Positions 1-15,035 of a DNA stretch of 64,000 nt are shown here, piece by piece. The translations under genes and the position numbers were made by a program. Origin of the DNA: the human T2T-CHM13v2.0 reference genome, Homo sapiens; assembly GCF_009914755.1 (NCBI RefSeq), contig NC_060944.1, one strand, 5' to 3'. How positions within the stretch are numbered: position 1 is the stretch's first letter; each line of letters opens with the position of its first letter. The notes below the pieces were generated by a model. That model did not search any database. It was not told the origin of the DNA and saw nothing but the letters and a program-made list of their open reading frames with translations.

Positions 1-96
1 CAGGCACCATCCTCTAAATGACAGCAGTCTCCAGATGCCAGTTGGCACTGTGGGTTAGCTGGGTATTATATCTGCCCGTGTGTGTTGAATGGATAC

Positions 97-169
97 CTGC
101 GTGGTCTCTTTCTGAAAAGCCATCTCCACCGAATTCTCGCCCATGCTCTGCTTACAAACACGCCTCCTT
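97..169 (-). CDS. SIGLEC1: Coding exon 20, cytoplasmic tail (final exon outside the window)
   Basis: 73 nt, CAG acceptor, CAG|GTATCC donor; RRRVCKQSMGENSVEMAFQKETTQ; cumulative CDS 5070 nt = 1690 codons, no stop yet. Confidence 0.92.
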
Positions 170-541
170 CTGCAAGGCCCGGAGTGGACTCAGAGAGCCT
201 CTCCCCTCCCCACCTCCTGCCCCCATTCCTCTCCCGCTCCCCACAGGCTGGCTCCAGACCACAAGAGCGTGGGAACCTCATGGAGAGTGGGTGCTTCCTC
301 TGTCTTCCTCCCTAGCCCTTGCTTTAGCACAGCCAGGGCAGAGAGGAGGAAAGAAGGAAACTACAGCAAGGAGGATTTAGGGACAATTCTAGAAGGGATT
401 TCCAATTTGGAGGGGCAGTCTGGGAAGTAGGCAGCCTGTGAACTTAATAGGAGGTCCTAAAGGACCTGGGGGAATTTGGGGAGAAGACGAGGTGGGCTGC
501 CTTACCCCAATCTTCTGGCCCACTCCCAGCTCCAGACCCAC

Positions 542-644
542 CTCCAGGTGTAGCAGGCCCCCAGGCCCAACAGCAGGAGCAGGAGGCCCACCAGCAGTCC
601 CAGGACCCAGAGCAGCTGCTGGAACTGATGCAGGCGGTGCAGGG
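542..644 (-). CDS. SIGLEC1: Coding exon 19, transmembrane segment
   Basis: 103 nt, AG/GT; (A)[33 protein letters not shown](R), a Leu-rich TM helix in frame with upstream exons. Confidence 0.94.
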
Positions 645-903
645 CTGGAACACAGAGCGGGACTCAGAGCAGCCACAGCTGCAGGCCCCCAGTGCTTCCT
701 TCCAAGGGGACCCACCCAAGATGACACCTTCTAACTTTTGCTTTATCGCTGAAGCTCTCCACACAAGGGTGCCCCGAGCAATCAGTTTAGAGTCGACAGG
801 CAAATCATGCTGCAGCAGGAGGGATACAGGGAAGGAAGCCTTTGGGCCTAAGAGCTGGGCTTTTGTGCAGAGTGGCCTGGGAGATGGAGCCCCCTCCCCT
901 CAC

Positions 904-1206
904 CTCTGACCCCAAAGTAGGTGGAGGTAGAGGCAGAGCCCAGGACATTTGAGGCAGAACAGATGTATTCCCCTTGGTCGCTGGGCCTCAGCGCCTCGAT
1001 GTCCACCCTCAGGGCATTGGGGGAAGCCAGGACATGGATGTGTGGCTCTGCAGGAGCACCCTGGGGCTGACTGGAGGCCACCAGTCGACTGCCAAGGTGG
1101 AGAGTCAGGCTGGCGAGCGGCTCGCTGTCCACTCGGCAATCCAGGATGCCCCGGAGGCCACCCTCAGGCTCCACGAAGACCATCATGGTGGGCGTCTTGG
1201 GAGGGT
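904..1206 (-). CDS. SIGLEC1: Coding exon 18, Ig domain 17
   Basis: 303 nt, AG/GT; PPKTPTMM...[11 protein letters not shown]...[11 protein letters not shown]. Confidence 0.96.
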
Positions 1207-1229
1207 CTGTGGGGAGGAAGGGAGTGTGG

Positions 1230-1657
1230 TGATTGCAGACAATGACCACAAATTTCTCCCTCCCTGTACCCATGCACAGTGACTTTGCTGCTCCTCCCAT
1301 TAAGAGGCAGAACCTATTTCCTCACTCCTTGAATCTGTGACTCAGTTTGACCAATTGAAGAAAGAAGTGATGTTGTGCAACTTCAGAGCCAGACCTCAAG
1401 AGGCCTTGTAGCTTCTGCTCTACTTGTTGGAACACAACAATGTGGGAAGCCCAGGCCAGCCTGCTGGGCACATGTGGCCCAACTGGCAGCCAGGAGCGTG
1501 CAGTCATCTGAGACCACTGGGCAACTGCAGCCACATGAGGTGTGAACAACAGAAGAACTCCCCAGCTGAGCCCAGCCCACAGAATTGAGCAGATAACATG
1601 ACTTTTGTTTGAAGCAGTAAGTTTTGTTGTGGTCAATAGCAATAGCTGACTGATACA
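1230..1657 (+). mobile_element. MaLR (MLT1-like) LTR fragment
   Basis: MLT1-like segments (CCCAGCTGAGCCCAGCCC; 3' end AGCAATAGCTGACTGATACA); subfamily not determined. Confidence 0.6.
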
Positions 1658-1740
1658 GTGTAGGCCTTGGTGAAGGCTGGAGTGGGAGACCAAGACTGAT
1701 GAGGGCTTATCGTGTGCCAGACACACTCAGCACGCTTTAT

Positions 1741-2097
<357 letters not shown>

Positions 2098-2281
2098 TGA
2101 GGCGAATGATGTATTCCCCATTTTACAAGGTCACCCAACCAGACAGCGGGAGAGCCAGGATTCCAACCCAGGACTCAATATCCGTGAAGCCTTCACTCTT
2201 GGCAGACAGAAGAGGAGGAAGAACTGAGGTGGGCGTGTGAGATGTGGGGAGACTAAGGCGGAGGAGGGGGTTCACACTCAC

Positions 2282-2542
2282 AGAGCACACGGAGCATGAC
2301 TGGAGCAGAGGCAGCAGCCCCAGTGGGGAGCTCAGCCAGGCAGTGGTACATCCCAGCTTGAGCACGAGCCACGTGGGTGAAGGCGAGAGTGGGCACAGGC
2401 TCCGCGTGCAGCCGCCGGTCATTCCAGAACCATGCAAAGGTGGAGTTGCCCACAGGCCCAGGGCCACCCAGGAGGCGGCAGCTGAGGTTCAGGGCAGCGC
2501 CCTCAGGCACGTCCAGGCCAGGCTCTGCCACCACGCGTGCAC
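2282..2542 (-). CDS. SIGLEC1: Coding exon 17, Ig domain 16
   Basis: 261 nt, AG/GT; [21 protein letters not shown]...QAGMYHCLA. Confidence 0.96.
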
Positions 2543-2844
2543 CTGCGGGCGGAGGATAGAGAGATGATTGGGGATCTGTAGGCCTTGGGGGCTGGAGCCT
2601 CTGGGTGGGACCTCTGAGGGGCCTCTGCACATTGTGGGAAGGTCTCAGTCTGACTTGGTATAGGGCTTTCCAAGGTGGAACCATGCCCCCTCCAGTGGGA
2701 GCTGTGCCCCCTCCACCAGATTAGGCTTCTCAAGGCAGAGCTTTCTCAGACCAGACAGCCCGCTCTAGTGGGAGCTCCAGCCCCTCTCGTGGACTTGGAC
2801 CTGAGAGCATCAGAGCCCCTCCTCCTCCCCTCTCTTCCACTCAC

Positions 2845-3144
2845 CTTCTACCTGCAACCGCCCGATGGTGCTGATTGAGCCCAGCAAGTTTTGGGCTGTG
2901 CAAACATAGGTGTCATCACCTGCAGGCACATCTTGCACCTGCAGCCGTAGGGCGTTTCGGGCCACCTGGACATGGCCTGTCCCTGATGCCAAGCTGTGGA
3001 CCCCGCTGCTCGTGGCCAGCACCTTGCCATCATGAGATAGGGCCAGCTCAGCAGGTGGCTCACTGTCCACAGTGCACTGTATCACAGCCATGGATCTGGC
3101 CCTGGAGTCCCGGAAGGAGGACAGGACAGCGTCCTGAGGGGCAT
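2845..3144 (-). CDS. SIGLEC1: Coding exon 16, Ig domain 15
   Basis: 300 nt, AG/GT; APQDAVLS...[11 protein letters not shown]...[10 protein letters not shown]. Confidence 0.96.
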
Positions 3145-3462
3145 CTGTGGGCAGGCAGGGCACAGATGGGGACCTTGCTTAGGCACCCTGTACTGCTCAT
3201 TGCCTAGCTGCCTGGGGTTGGTCAGGCTGAGGCCTCTGGACCAATGGCCACTTCCTAGAAGTGACACCTTCCCAGGAGTCCTGTGGGCAGAGTGCTCCAG
3301 GCAGGGCTTATAGGACTGTCTCTTTCTCTAGCACCTATGTCCTCTTTCCCCAACTGCCCATTCCTGGGCCCACTGCAGTCCTTTGCCCACTCCCACCAGA
3401 GCCCAGAAGCACCCTCCACCACCCTCCTCCTGGGCAGCCCTGGCCAAGGACCCTCTGCTCAC

Positions 3463-3714
3463 AGAGGACTTGCAGGGCAGCAGGACGGGAGCTGCGGGTG
3501 CCCTGGGCATCCTGGGCCTGGCAAGAGTAGGCGCCTGCATGAGCCCGCGTGGCCACCAGGAATGAGAGTGAGGCAGCTGGACCCTCCTGCAGCCAACGAC
3601 CGTTGTGGTACCAAGTATAGAGTGTGGGTGCGTGGGCAGCAGGGTCCGCACAGGTCACTGTGATGGGGGCACCTTCAGGCACGGCAGCCTCCGGAGCCAG
3701 GATCACCCGCACAC
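3463..3714 (-). CDS. SIGLEC1: Coding exon 15, Ig domain 14
   Basis: 252 nt, AG/GT; [21 protein letters not shown]...HAGAYSCQA. Confidence 0.96.
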
Positions 3715-3803
3715 CTGTGCCAAGGAGGCCAGGATCAGCCGGGCCCAGCCGGACACCACAGTGGGCTTCCATCCCAGTGGGCTTGGCCTAGGCCCTGCCT
3801 TAC

Positions 3804-4073
3804 CCTCCAGCCGCAGCTCCAGGGACGTGTTGGCCTGGCCCAGAGGGCTGCGGGCAGAGCAGCTGTAGAAACCCTCATCCCTGGGCTGTGGCCCTCGCAG
3901 CTCCAGGCGCAGGGTGTTGGGGACAGAGGCTGCTGTCGAGGAGGCCAAGAGGCGACCGGCGTGGCTGAGGGCCAGCTGGGCGGGCGGGCGGCTGTCCACA
4001 GTGCACAGTACCAGGGCCAGCTGCCCGCCATGGCTCTCCAGGAGGTAGGTCAGGCGCAGGTTGCGGGGCGCGT
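3804..4073 (-). CDS. SIGLEC1: Coding exon 14, Ig domain 13
   Basis: 270 nt, AG/GT; APRNLRLT...[11 protein letters not shown]...[11 protein letters not shown]. Confidence 0.96.
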
Positions 4074-4388
4074 CTGCAGGGCATGAGAGGCTTACACGGA
4101 GTCACAGGCAGCAGCCTGCAGGAGGCCAGTTTGCAGGTGGCATTCAAACTCAGGAGGGCCCTGGCTCCCCACCCCTATGGCTCCCAACCACCCAGTCTGA
4201 GGCACTGCTCCTCTGCCCAGACAGGACTCACCCCAGCGCCCCCTACTCTTAATGCTCCTTGCCCAGTGCTCCACTAGCTACTGGGTACCGAGTTCCCCAC
4301 TGGACACCTGTCGGGTTCCGGCCATGCCGTGATCCCTGTGGGCTTCTGTCATTCCTGTGAGTCCCACCCTGCATCCAGCCAGACTCAC

Positions 4389-4640
4389 AGAGGACGTCCA
4401 AGGTGATAGGTCTGGAGAGGCGGGGTGCCCGACCAGGGGGGCCCACACCGCAGCGGTAGGAGGTGGCATCCCTGACTGTGACGTTGGGCAGGGGGATGGA
4501 GTGGGCATCCAGGCGCTGCTGCCCATCCTGGTACCATGTGTAGGTGAGCTGGGCCGGGTGAGTGGTCCACACAAGGCAGGTCAGGTTCACCAGCTGCCCC
4601 TCCCGCACGGTAGCCCCGGGCCACACCTGCACATTCACAG
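4389..4640 (-). CDS. SIGLEC1: Coding exon 13, Ig domain 12
   Basis: 252 nt, AG/GT; [21 protein letters not shown]...DATSYRCGV. Confidence 0.96.
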
Positions 4641-5114
4641 CTGGGGAGAGGGAGGGCACAGGACACCAGTGAGGGTCTTGAGGCTGTGTACAGCAGGCCA
4701 CCTGTCTCCATGTGGGTGAGCTACTCCTACTGCTGGGGAGCCCCTTGGCCTTTGGGAGCCTTGGGTGGCCCACCTATAAATGTGGCTTAGAAGTCAAGCT
4801 TGGGAATAGCCCACTGGCTCCTGAGTGGTCCCAAGTAGAGTTCCACAGAGTCCTGGAAAGCCCTGAGCCCCTCCCTGACCCTGGCTGGGGGCAAATGGGG
4901 AGACCACAGACCTCCCCTCCCCTGCTGCACTTTCTCCTGAAATTCCCTGTTTAGTTTTATCCACTGGGCATACTTGTAAAATTTGGTGTTTATAAAAGGT
5001 TCTCCTAAGAAACTCAAGTCTGGAGTCCACCATCGTTAGGAAGGGTGGGAATGGGGACTATTCCCGTGCCCCCAGGCTTCTAGAACCCTGTCCCACCTCC
5101 TCTCCTCTTTTAAA

Positions 5115-5116
<2 letters not shown>

Positions 5117-5160
<44 letters not shown>
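5117..5160. repeat. (AC)22 microsatellite
   Basis: Perfect dinucleotide run, 44 nt. Confidence 0.97.
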
Positions 5161-5162
<2 letters not shown>

Positions 5163-5164
5163 AC

Positions 5165-5476
5165 CTTGAGCGTCGAAGTCAGCTGAGGCCGAGGCCTGGC
5201 CCAGGGTGTTGGAGGCCTCACAGATATAGACACCCTCATCCTCCAGCATAGCCCCGTGGATCTCCAGACGCAGTGTGTTGGGGGCCACAGCCACATGCAG
5301 CCTGGGAGAGCTGCCTTCGGGTCCCCCCACACCTTGTAGGGTGGAGGCCACAAGGCGATCCCCGTGGAGCAGCCGCAGCTGGGCCGGAGGGTCACTGTCC
5401 ACACGGCACAGGAGGAGGCCCAGTCGTCCAGGGCCTGTGTCCATCAGGGTAGTGAGTGTGACGTGGCGTGGGGCAT
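5165..5476 (-). CDS. SIGLEC1: Coding exon 12, Ig domain 11
   Basis: 312 nt, TAG acceptor, AAG|GTCAGT donor; APRHVTL...[11 protein letters not shown]...[11 protein letters not shown]. Confidence 0.96.
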
Positions 5477-5606
5477 CTACACAGGGTGGGGAGTGGTCAG
5501 GACCCAGCCAGGGGGGTCCCTCATCCAGGGCTCTGTCATGTGACACAGCCCAGGACTGGGGGACTGCATTCCTTCCCCCACACCTGGATGGGACAAAAGT
5601 CCTTAC

Positions 5607-5867
5607 AGGACACGTGGAGGCTGATGGGTGCAGCTAGGCTCGTGGTGGCTGAGCCTGGGGCCTGGGCTTGGCAATGATAGGCCCCAGCTTGTGTCAAAGT
5701 TATGGCTGCAAAGCGGAGCGTGGCCGAGGTCGACTCCTGGAGGGGCTGGCCATCCCGATACCAACGATATGAGGTCCCCTCTGGGACTCCTGTGTGTACC
5801 TGGCAGCTCAGGACCACAGCCTGGCCCTCTTGGAGCTCAGGTGATGGTGACACCTGGACCCAGGCTC
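5607..5867 (-). CDS. SIGLEC1: Coding exon 11, Ig domain 10
   Basis: 261 nt, AG/GT; [21 protein letters not shown]...QAGAYHCQA. Confidence 0.96.
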
Positions 5868-6764
5868 CTGCAGGGGAAAACCAAGAGCAGGTGAGGGCTC
5901 TCCACCACACCTCTCACAGTCTGGGACCATGTGCGTGTCCACCTAGGACTACACAACCCAACCCCATGTGCTGGAGCCGCAGCCCCTTCCAGACCACCGC
6001 CAGGGCCCACTCAGCCCTATGCCTTGGCCCCTCCTGCTCCCCACTCTCCTGCACAGGCTCCATCCTGGCATTTACCTCCCACCACCTGGTGGGATGGTTT
6101 TACTGTGTCAGTCATATCTCGCCTACCAAAGCGTAAGCCTTATGGGCACTGGACTTGTGTGACCTGTAACCCCAGTTCCAGGCACTGTGCCTGCATGTGT
6201 TAGCTCCTGACAAATGTTGGTTCAACCCATAAAGTACTGAAAAGGGAGGGATTTAGATCATCCCGGGGCCATTGTCCTAACTAGGATCTGGACTCAGCAT
6301 GGGTGACCGAGGGCTTGGAAGGGAATGTTAGCAGCTATGTTATCTTGAGCGCTCTCGCCAGGCCAGCCCTGCATCCAGACTCCAGGCCACAAGAGCACAG
6401 GACCTGGGGACCAGGCAAAGGGCAGCTCCTCAGTGGCCCCTGGGTGTGAAGCAGGAGAACCCCAGGTTGCAGGGAGTGAGATGGAGGGACAGCTGGAATG
6501 CTAAGCAAGAACACAGACCATGCCTGAGACCACAGCTAGCAGGGTCATGCAACTGGGGAAAAGCTCCTAAAACTCAAACCTTCAATTTCTTCCTGCGAAA
6601 TAGGTATGCTAAGTAAGAAAAGATACACAGAACCAAGGCTCAAAGTAAATGTCCCAAAATTGGTGCTGTCGGTCACCGTGGTGGAAGAAACACTCATGTT
6701 CCTTTGACCTTCGCATTATGGGCATTATCTTTCCTTTTTCCTGGTTTATTTGTTTAGGGAGAAT

Positions 6765-7260
<496 letters not shown>

Positions 7261-7529
7261 TGATCACAAAACAAGTTATTTCAGAAAGTGCTCCCACCAA
7301 GCAAGCCACTCTGTGAATTGCCATTGCCTCCTAGTGGCTGCTGCAGTTATTACAGGTGAAAATATCTAGCTGGAGGCAAAGGGAGGCCTTCTGCTGGCTG
7401 GAAACTGCCCTTACCAGGACTGAAAAAGACATATTTCTGCACAAAATTCACAGCACCCAGCCCAAAGTCTGACCAGAGTAGTCCCCAGGGCATCAGAGTC
7501 TACCATATCTTCAGAAGACTGACACTCAC

Positions 7530-7832
7530 CTCGGACCTGGAAGAAGAGTGAGGTGTTGGATGATCCAAGAACATTTGTGGCCTCACAGCGGTAGCTGCCA
7601 GAGTCCCCAAGGCCCAGTTCTCGGACCTCTAACTTCAGGGAGTTGGCCTCAGCCTTAGCCTGGAACCGACCATGGGATGGGACCTGGGGACCCAGGCTGG
7701 TGGCCAGGAGGTGCTCCCCATGGAACAAGGCCAGCAAGGCCAGGGGGCGGCTGTCCACAGTGCAGATGAACAGAGCCATGTGGCCCTGGCCCATGTCTAG
7801 GAGGGCTGACAGCTTTGGACGGTCCGGGGGAT
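7530..7832 (-). CDS. SIGLEC1: Coding exon 10, Ig domain 9
   Basis: 303 nt, AG/GT; PPDRPKLS...FICTVDSRP...[11 protein letters not shown]. Confidence 0.96.
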
Positions 7833-8028
7833 CTGCAGGAACAGAGGGAGCTGAGGCCACCCAGCCTAGCTCACCACATTACAACTGCCACACTATGTCC
7901 CCCACCTCCTGCCACACACACAGCCTAAGCCATGCTCTTTCCTCCCCAAACCCCAGCCCGGCCCCTGCTTCTCCCCAGACCACCCCTCCACCCTCCAAGT
8001 CCCCAGGCTGCCCATGCCAGTCACCCAC

Positions 8029-8286
8029 AGAGTACACTCAGGAGCACGGGAGTGGAGAGCTGGGCACCAGCCTCAGTCAGGATGCGGCAGGCGTAAAGGG
8101 CAGCATCAGTTCTGGCCACGGGCAGCAGTGTCACGGTCTCCAGGGGACCCTGGGCCCACAGCACCCCATTTCGGAACCAGGAGAAGTTAGCAGGGCTGCC
8201 AGCAGCTTCCCGGCTCACGTTGCAAGTCAAGTTGGCTTCTGTGCCCTCCTGAAGTGTGTGTGATGGTGCAATGGCCAGGACAGTGG
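8029..8286 (-). CDS. SIGLEC1: Coding exon 9, Ig domain 8
   Basis: 258 nt, AG/GT; TVLAIAPS...NLTCNVS...DAALYACRI. Confidence 0.96.
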
Positions 8287-8741
8287 CTGGAGAGCAGGCG
8301 GCACAGCTTACTGACCACCCCCGGCCCCCAGGAGCCAGGGGTCCAGCCGCCCAGCCTGGAAGGAGCAGGAAGGAGGCCCCCTGGGGTGCCCACAGGGTTG
8401 GGGAGAAAAGCAAGCTAGCTCACAGGGCAGCCTAGGAGAAGTGGGCCCTGGGGACTGTGGGGGCCCTGGGCAGAGAGGGTTGCAGTACAGGGAAGGAGGA
8501 CAAGGCAGCCCAACTGTCCCAGCTGGGGAGTCCTTCCTCAGAGACCAGCTGTGTTGCCTATCCCCGGCCTGAACAGAGATCATGGGAAGGAGCAGCTCCG
8601 CTCTTCCTGAATGTGGAGGAGGGCAGCGAAGGGCCCCCACTGCTGCACAGAGTGGTTTTGCCTGATTAGATCCTCCTCGGAGCAGAACAGTCCAGAGCTC
8701 CAGCCCCTGCCCCCAGGCCACCCATTCCCTGCCTGACTCAC

Positions 8742-9077
8742 CCTGGCCATTGAAGGTGGCTGAGGTGGAGGCGTTGCCCAGGGCATTGCTGGCCTCACAG
8801 AGGTACAAGCCCTCCTCTTCCAGCAAAGGGTTGTGAATCTCCACACGCAGCAAGTTGGGGGCTTTGGTGACCTTCATGCGTGGGGAACAGCCCCCACAGG
8901 TGCTGCAGCCACCCCCTGATGGCAGGGAAGTGGCCACAACACGGTCCTTGTGGAGCAGCTGCAGCCTGGCGGGGGGGTCGCTGTCCACACGGCACAAAAG
9001 GAGGCCTCGCCGTCCAGCCCCGGCCCCAGCGGCATCAAGGTCCAGCCTGGTGGTGAATGTTGGTTGTCGAGGGGGGT
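8742..9077 (-). CDS. SIGLEC1: Coding exon 8, Ig domain 7
   Basis: 336 nt, AG/GT; PPRQPTF...[11 protein letters not shown]...[11 protein letters not shown]. Confidence 0.96.
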
Positions 9078-10145
9078 CTGCAGGGAGGAAGAACATGGGC
9101 ACTCATCCCACGGATGCTCCAGGGCCCCACAAGCCTGGCTAGGCTCCCAGAATACACTGGACAAAGGCAGATCCCGAAGGCTGCCCCAAGCAGCTGTGCA
9201 GACTGTGCACTGCACAAGGGCAGCCAGACCAGGGTGGGTGGAACTCAAGCTAGGCTCATGCTCCTCAAGCTAAGCTGTGCCCTGATGCCTACTGAGTCTT
9301 CCCAGAAGAAGGAGCACCATTTTCTAGCTCAGACAAAGGTGCTGTATGGGCTGGCTGCCACCTTGCATAAGTCCCATCTGCTGCTGAGCAGGGTGCCCAC
9401 CTAGCAATCCCTGGGGGTCATGCTGTCTGCTCCCACCCTGCACCCAATGCCTTACCACGGAGCCTCCCCTCAAGATCTGCCCTGCAGCTTATCTGTGATC
9501 TCCAAGCCAGCTCCTGTGATACTAGCGAATGCATAGAATGGCCTCTTCCTGAAGGCTTCTGGAGACAGTTGGCCAAAAGAGAGCAATCAGCCAAGGCCCC
9601 CATGTGATCTCACTCAGACACCAGAAAACTTTGCAGAGGCAGCTGCCCTCTGACAGTTCCGGGACGTGGCTCCGGCACACATGTGTCAGGGGAAGCCTCT
9701 GGAATCAGGCCCTTGGTCTTACACGGAGCCTCCCCGCTTGGCGGATGCAGAGGGGCTGTCTGTCCCTGTGCTGAGGGGCTTTGCCTTGGTGTCTATGGGA
9801 GCCCAGCACAGCCTGTGGGGCATGTGCACAAATAGAGGAGTGTGGTGTCCCAGGGCTCACCCATGAGGACAAAGCATGGATGTGGTGCCCATGCTGAGCT
9901 TGAGGCTGGGACAGAGGAGCCCACAGGGCTGGCATTGGAGGGTAAAGACATGGGGAGGTAGAGAAGGCCCCAGCCTCATTTCCTAAACTTCAGCCCCACA
10001 TGGAAAGACCCACTGTGGCCAGGTCTGTGACCCAGCCCTCCCGATATAGACCGTGGGGCAGGGCAGGACAGGGCTGGGGGGCCTAGAGGAGGTGGGGTGG
10101 CTGGTGGGTCCCGGCAGGAGGCTGCAACAGGTGGTGGCTGCTCAC

Positions 10146-10403
10146 AGAGCACAGTGAGAACAGCTGGCGAAGAGGGGCCACTGGCACTGTGGCCGTCCCG
10201 GGCCCGGCAGTGGTATGAGCCGGCGTCAGTGCTGGAGGCCGCGGGGAGCAGGAGGCTGCTGCCGGGACCCTCGTGAAGCAGGGCTCCATTCAGGTACCAG
10301 GAGAAGCGGGCATCAGGTGTGGGGCTTAGGCCGCTTCTGCAGCTCAGTGTCACTGCCTGTCCTTCCACCACCTCGGCTGCCGGGCTGATGAGGAGACGGG
10401 CGG
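10146..10403 (-). CDS. SIGLEC1: Coding exon 7, Ig domain 6
   Basis: 258 nt, AG/GT; [21 protein letters not shown]...DAGSYHCRA. Confidence 0.96.
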
Positions 10404-10638
10404 CTGCGGGGAGAGGAAGAGGCTGGGAAGGGTCCCTCCTCTCAACCCCACATGCTGCCCTATATAGAAAGCCTTCCAGGGTTCTCCTTTCCCCACACTA
10501 CTGTAGGTAGCTCTGGGCTTTGTGGTGCATCAGGAGGGTTTGCCCTTTAATGCCAAATCAGATCTATTGGTAGTAGATGGCTGCAGCATGGTTGAAGATT
10601 CAGAGCCAGAGCCCAGGCTTATGTCCAACACCTGGCTT

Positions 10639-11942
<1,304 letters not shown>

Positions 11943-12285
11943 AGAAGACCCTACTTTTCTATTTGGCTTCCCACATCTGACTGCTAGCATAGAGCCTGCT
12001 CCCAGAGTTTCATAATTAAAAAACAATGAATGCTTCTGAGGGACTCTCCAAGTTTAGGGTCAGGGTAGGTGCAAAAGGAATGATGTGACCTGTTGTGTTT
12101 CCCTTTTTCCCTTGACTTCCAGGAAGCTCTGCCGTTGGGTCACTGCACAGCCCCTGTCTTTTATGTGGCGTAGCCAGTTAGCTCAGTCCTGCGGTTGAGT
12201 CCACTAGACTTCTAGAAGGAACAGACTGGAGCAGGCTCCTCCTCAGGCTCCCTCCACTCTCCCTGGCTGCCAGTGCCCATCTTAC

Positions 12286-12585
12286 CATTGGCATGGAAGT
12301 CCAGGGTGGAGGTTGCATTTCCAAGGGAGTTGGTGGCTGAGCACTTGTACTCCCCACTGTCAGTTTCCTCCAGGTCTCGGATCTCCAGGCGCAGGGAGTT
12401 GGGACCAGAGGTACCACTGAAGCGTGGGCTGTGATCACTGTCCCCGGAGGTGGAGGCCAGGATATGACCCCCATGTGACAGCACCAGTGTGGCCAGGGGC
12501 TCACTGACCACAGAGCAGTGAAGGATGCCCACAAGTCCCGCCTGGGTCTCCAGGAAGGCTGTCAGGACTGGAGTGAGAGGCGGGT
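12286..12585 (-). CDS. SIGLEC1: Coding exon 6, Ig domain 5
   Basis: 300 nt, AG/GT; [10 protein letters not shown]...LHCSVVSEP...[11 protein letters not shown]. Confidence 0.96.
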
Positions 12586-12829
12586 CTGTGTGGAGACGAG
12601 AGGTGGGCCTGTCACCCTCAGACAAGGGCATTCCCTGGATACCCTGATACAACCCGTGACCTCTGCACCGCTTTGTCCCACACTGCCCTGTGAGAAGGGG
12701 GTGATCCCAAAGTGCCTGAGTGCCTGCTGAATACACTTTTGTCCTTGGCTGGGCTGGGTACGTCACTCTGTTGTCCCAGTCAGTGTTCAAGGCCACCCTG
12801 CAAGTGGGGATAAAAGCCCCACTTCAAAG

Positions 12830-13960
<1,131 letters not shown>

Positions 13961-14140
13961 GGAGGGAACTAGGGAGGTCAAAGCATTGCCCAGGTGTGCA
14001 GAGCTGGGACATGAGCTCAAGGCCACCTCCAGGTAAGTGGCCTTGAAGTTCCCATGCCCAGGACCCCAACCCTTCCTTGGGGCTCCACCATCTGGTCCTG
14101 CTCTGACTGTGTCCAGTGCCACCCCACCCTGGCCTCTTAC

Positions 14141-14395
14141 GGTTGACTACCACGCTGACAGGGCCCGAGCGCTCGCTGCCATGGACGTTCTGCACCTCAC
14201 AGAAGTAGAAGCCAGTATCAGCCCTAGTGGCCAAGTGCAGCCGGAGGGTATGGGAGTGGGCATCCTCCAGCAGGACATGGTTCTTGTACCAGCTGTAGCG
14301 GAGATCACTGGGTGCCTCATTGGGTGTGTTGCAGACTAGTGTCACTGTCTGGTTCTCCAGGATGGGACCTGCTGGGCTCACCTGGACCTCAGCCA
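14141..14395 (-). CDS. SIGLEC1: Coding exon 5, Ig domain 4
   Basis: 255 nt, AG/GT; [10 protein letters not shown]...LVCNTP...[11 protein letters not shown]. Confidence 0.96.
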
Positions 14396-14768
14396 CTGCA
14401 AGGGCAGCATAGGGAGTGCTGGGGGGTCCCAGCCAACTTCCAGCCCCAGCCCCATACAGTCCCCGGGTCTCAGCCAATCAGCCTCAATCTCTGCACATCC
14501 TACACCACCCGCCTGCTGCTACAGGGGAGCCTCCTGGAGTGCTCTGCATCTCTTTGTCCTGCTCACCAGGATCCCCCTGACACCCCACCCTTCGTGGGGG
14601 TATTGTCACCTGTCTCATGGTAAGGCAGGGCTGGGACTCCACACCTGCATCCAGGAAGCACTGGGTTATGCCAGTTGCTGGCCCTGCCCTGCCCTGTCTC
14701 CCCTCCGTCCCTGAGGCCTGAGCTCCTCCCTATTCTCTGGCCAATACGCAACCTTCCCAAGAACTCAC

Positions 14769-15035
14769 TGAAGATGTGGAGGCTGATGGGGGGTGAGACC
14801 AAAGAGCCCACGCCGTTCTCAGCTTGGCAGGTGTAGACGCCAGCATCGCTCCAGGCTGCCTGGGGCAGGTGCAGCACACCAGTCTTGGTTTGGAGGCGTA
14901 CCCCATCCTTGAGCCACTTAATGGAACTGACTGCAGGGTAGCTGCTGTTCACCTGGCAGGTGAGTGTGACCAGCTCACCTGGAAGGATGTTCCTCCCCGA
15001 GGGGCTGAGGAGGATCTTCACACCCTTGGGGGCAT
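14769..15035 (-). CDS. SIGLEC1: Coding exon 4, Ig domain 3
   Basis: 267 nt, AG/GT; [11 protein letters not shown]...LTCQVNSS...[12 protein letters not shown]. Confidence 0.96.
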
